Shown: piece by piece, positions 60,908-64,000 of the stretch | Numbering within the stretch: the stretch's first letter is position 1 | Layout: each line of letters begins with the position of its first letter | Source: Anthoceros angustus | Taxonomy: Eukaryota; Plantae; Anthocerotophyta | Direction: 5' to 3' | Length of the DNA: 64,000 nucleotides | Assembly: GCA_010909165.1 (NCBI GenBank) | Contig: VJWM01000249.1 | Location: 1-64,000, forward strand | Notes under the pieces: generated by a model | What the model was told of the DNA's origin: nothing | Seen by the model: the letters and a program-made list of their open reading frames with translations, nothing else | Databases searched by the model: none | Translations under genes and position numbers: made by a program

Positions 60908-63900
60908 TCATCTCCAGCCCAATACAGAGTCAAGCGCGGCAACTCCTGCGATGGAAACGGGGTAGAGCGCAAGGACGGGGGCGGCCCACCACAGAGGGAA
61001 CGTTGTCCTGGATCCCGCGATAGCTCCTACCAGCACGACGGTGGAAACGATAACCGTCACCTGCAGCGTTGCAGCGTTGCAGCATTGCAGCAAGATGGCA
61101 GCCAGACCGGTGTGAGAGGAACGTTGAACGAATAACTGAGCAGTTGGAGGGACGGTGAAATGAATGTACCTCGCTGGAGAAGTCCCATGTGAGCCCCCTG
61201 GCGTAGACGAGTCCGAGGAAGAGGCCGAGGCAGCTGCACCGGGACCGGGACCGGGATCGGTGTTAGCATGGTTGGCGGGGTTGGAAGCGCGTGCAAGGCA
61301 AGGCAAGGAAGAGTGCAAAGCAGGTGCACTCACAGCGTGTTGTTCATGGTGACCGCTCCATAAACCTGCGAAAACGTGAGCGAGATGTTCCTCTTTCTGC
61401 GTTTCAAGGCGAAGAGGATGCTGGAGAGCAGTTCGCTTGCGTTGGAAGCGAAGGGCGTGACCACAAAGGCCACGAAGAAAGGCGGCACGCCGGAGGCTGT
61501 GGAAAATCCTCCGATGGTGTCCACCATGGGGTCTGCGAACACCGCCGCCAGCGCTGCCCCCGCGCCCATGTACAGCAACGCCTTGGTGTATATGGATGAC
61601 GTATCCACGCTCCCCGCCTCCTGGCCGGATTCGGGACCGCCGGCCTCGCTCTCCAGAAGCTCCAGGGCCTGCTCAAGCGCAAGCGCAACCACAGCCACCC
61701 GGGGTCTCAGACACGGCACGGCAACCCGGGCCCGGCAGCCGCAGCCGCAGCCGCAGCTTGCTCACCTTCTTGGCTTCCAGGGACTGGGCTGCCCAGAAGT
61801 TCGCTCCCCCCGAGCTCTCCAGGAGCTGCACCTGCCGACTCCGCTTCTCCTCCATCATGCGTGTTGCCCATCGGACTATGCCCGTGACGAACTCATTCTC
61901 GCTGAGCTTGCCGTCCTCGTTGCGGTCGAACTCCGCCAACCACGTCTCCACCTGTTCCTCTGCAGGAATGGAGCTGAGCAAATGTGGAGTCAGGAGACCA
62001 GTGATGGATGGCATTGGATTCCGTCTGCAAGTCGCCACCCATTACAAGGATGGGATGACGGAGGTAGTTGCAACTCACCCCTCCTCGTCAAGGTCCAGGC
62101 CGACGATGAGACCTCTCAGCTCCTCGGCTTCGATTTTACCGTTCTTGTTCTTGTCGAACGAGTTGAAGAGTTCCTTCAACAATGCGGAGTTGAACTGCTC
62201 TCCCTGCCAGTGCAGGCCACCATATCCTTGATTTGCAAGGCGACTTCAAGGACGGTTCTGTACGTACTCTAGTCTGCGAAAGAGGTGAGTTAGCTACCTC
62301 GGACACTATTTTGGAGAAGATGCTCGTGGACTTGGATGTGAAGGAAGAAACACCCTGCAACGCCCGAGTCCTTAGGAACTGCAACCGTGCCTCCTGGATC
62401 CGCTTCTGTTGGAGCCAGGGTGAGGCCACCTGCTCACAGAACATACACATGCAGCAGTCATGTCAGTGTTGCAAGCACATACCATCCCCGGATGCAAATT
62501 GCCAGGACAGTGCGGGGCATGGCATGAGCCAGAGCGAGCACTTGGTAGGCACTGTAAGCAAGCAGGCCAGCGAATGCCAGCAAGGATCCCGCTAGAGCCG
62601 CCACTGGGCCTTGTCCTGGCTGCCCATCTATGAGAGGTATCTGGACGCACAAGTAGGGCAGGACCGAGACCGCCATTATCCGGGCTCCCAACCTGGGGCA
62701 TGTCAACATAATATTGCACCAGTCACATCTTCCCTCACTTCACCAGCAGCAGCAGCAGCAGCAGCAGCTGATGCCAGTACCCTCACCGCGTTTGGTCGTC
62801 AGTTGTAACTCCTGTGCCGTTCAGGTCGAAGCCTCTCGACAGTGTCAAGTCTTTTGCAGTGCCATCAGGGCCCGACAGATCGCAACGCCCGGCAACGAGA
62901 GACCCAGCCCACGCCACAGTCAGGATCATAACAGTGGATCCTGCCAGCACTCCCACCCCTACCATCACCTCCTGTTGTGCCTGCTCCCTTCCCCAACCAG
63001 CAAGGTCCCGTTACCTCCCAGTAAGCCAACACAGAGTGCCGAACGAGAGATGGAAGCCTAACCTACCTGCTGCACGCTGCCTGCGGTTCCAGAGACAGAA
63101 ATCAGGAGCGCGTCCGGAAGAGCTCCTAAAATGGGAAGCAGAAGCCCACCCAGGAGCCCCGGATTCATCACCTGCCCACATCCACATGACACAACGTTAT
63201 CACCCAACCCGGCACTGCACCTTCACCGCCCCCTGCATTGCTGCATTGCTGCATTGCTGCATTGCTGCATTCCTGGTGCCTTACCTCCAGCAGGAGCTCG
63301 CTTCCCTCCGAGATGAATGTAGCTGCGGTGAACAGAACGTAGCCGTACACCAGCATGAGAAACAAGTTTCCACCCACAGTTGTGGAACATGGCAGAACGC
63401 CGTACGTTTCCTCACATCCGCACGCTGCTTCTGCACTTGCAACGTCCAGGATGGGAGCAGCTCGCAAAGGCGCAGCAACAGTCCCATATCTGCCATCATG
63501 GCTTCCTTCCGTCCGCAAAATGCTGGCAGTGAATTCCTGGGCTGACCCTCCATGCCACGAGGCAGCAGCTGCTGCAGCAGGACTTGGCTCCCAAGCGGAT
63601 ACTCCAAGCAACAGACTGAGAGCAGCGCAAAGCGAGATAGCTGGTTGGACCGCCCCGGCTGGCTTGTCGTCTGTGCCCGAAGCCAGAGCAGAAGGAATAC
63701 GAGAGCTGGTTGCAATGGCTCTGTGGACAACAGCTTGCCGCTGCCACGGGGCCAGCAATGCAATGTCTTCACACCAGCGGGCAGCCGCAGCGTAGCTGGA
63801 AGGAAAAATCCTGGTATGATTTGAACCCACCGCGGCGCGACTGCCGCCCCCAGTCGCAGCACCAAGCGATCTGCTCACAGAAGGACACCATGTTAGAGCA

Positions 63901-64000
63901 AATGCGTGACTGGCAGCCTTCGTCAGCTCAGCTAGGCTGCCACATCGGTGGAGACATGGAGAACTCACTGGATGCCGAGTGTGTCTGAAGCTGACGCCAG
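60908..64000 (-). CDS. NCL: Na+/Ca2+ exchanger-like protein with EF-hands (NCL family); 5' end beyond the window
   Basis: CEETYGVLPC...GNLFLMLVYG...SEGSELLLE, VGVGVLAGSTVMILT, EF-hands including DRNEDGKLSENEF, FADPMVD, PFASNASE, SLTFSQ.YGAVTMNN, LTWDFSSEV. Confidence 0.92.

Noticed and set aside
61061-63270. 8-bp intronic repeats in NCL in roughly inverted orientation, as a long-range pairing element
   Set aside because: Short imperfect microsatellites of this kind occur in several introns here; no evidence of function.

Overview
Nuclear DNA of a seed-free land plant, most likely a hornwort. This is an inference from compact GC-rich genes with short introns and a DYW:KP-type PPR editing factor. 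The window has two halves. (1) ~1-32.8 kb is a transposon island: a Gypsy integrase remnant split by Copia A (1255-7132); Copia B (8501-19636, TSD CAAGT, TG...TA termini) with Copia C nested inside it (12710-17785, TSD AATGG); an intron-containing Sola-like transposase pseudogene; two kb-scale tandem duplications; and a ~355-bp satellite built from two oppositely oriented fragments of an RLE-type LINE. (2) ~33-64 kb is gene-dense: a very long PPR-E-DYW:KP candidate U-to-C editing factor, RPS27, WTF1 (PORR), cytosolic HSP70, PSAT, FAM136A-like, CPSF160, a GW2/DA2-type RING ligase and an NCL-type Na+/Ca2+ exchanger. The most striking system is the editing-factor locus. Its N-terminal part carries an OSB-type PDF ssDNA-binding motif and is separated from a ~44-repeat PPR array by a 1.14-kb copy of the neighbouring RPS27/WTF1 bidirectional promoter region. 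That insert either creates an in-frame GT-AG intron that could restore the fusion protein, or puts the RPS27-facing promoter directly upstream of a truncated editor lacking its N-terminus. Caveat: small indels are concentrated in repeated sequence while single-copy genes are intact, so many frameshifts, and possibly some duplications, may be assembly or polishing artefacts.
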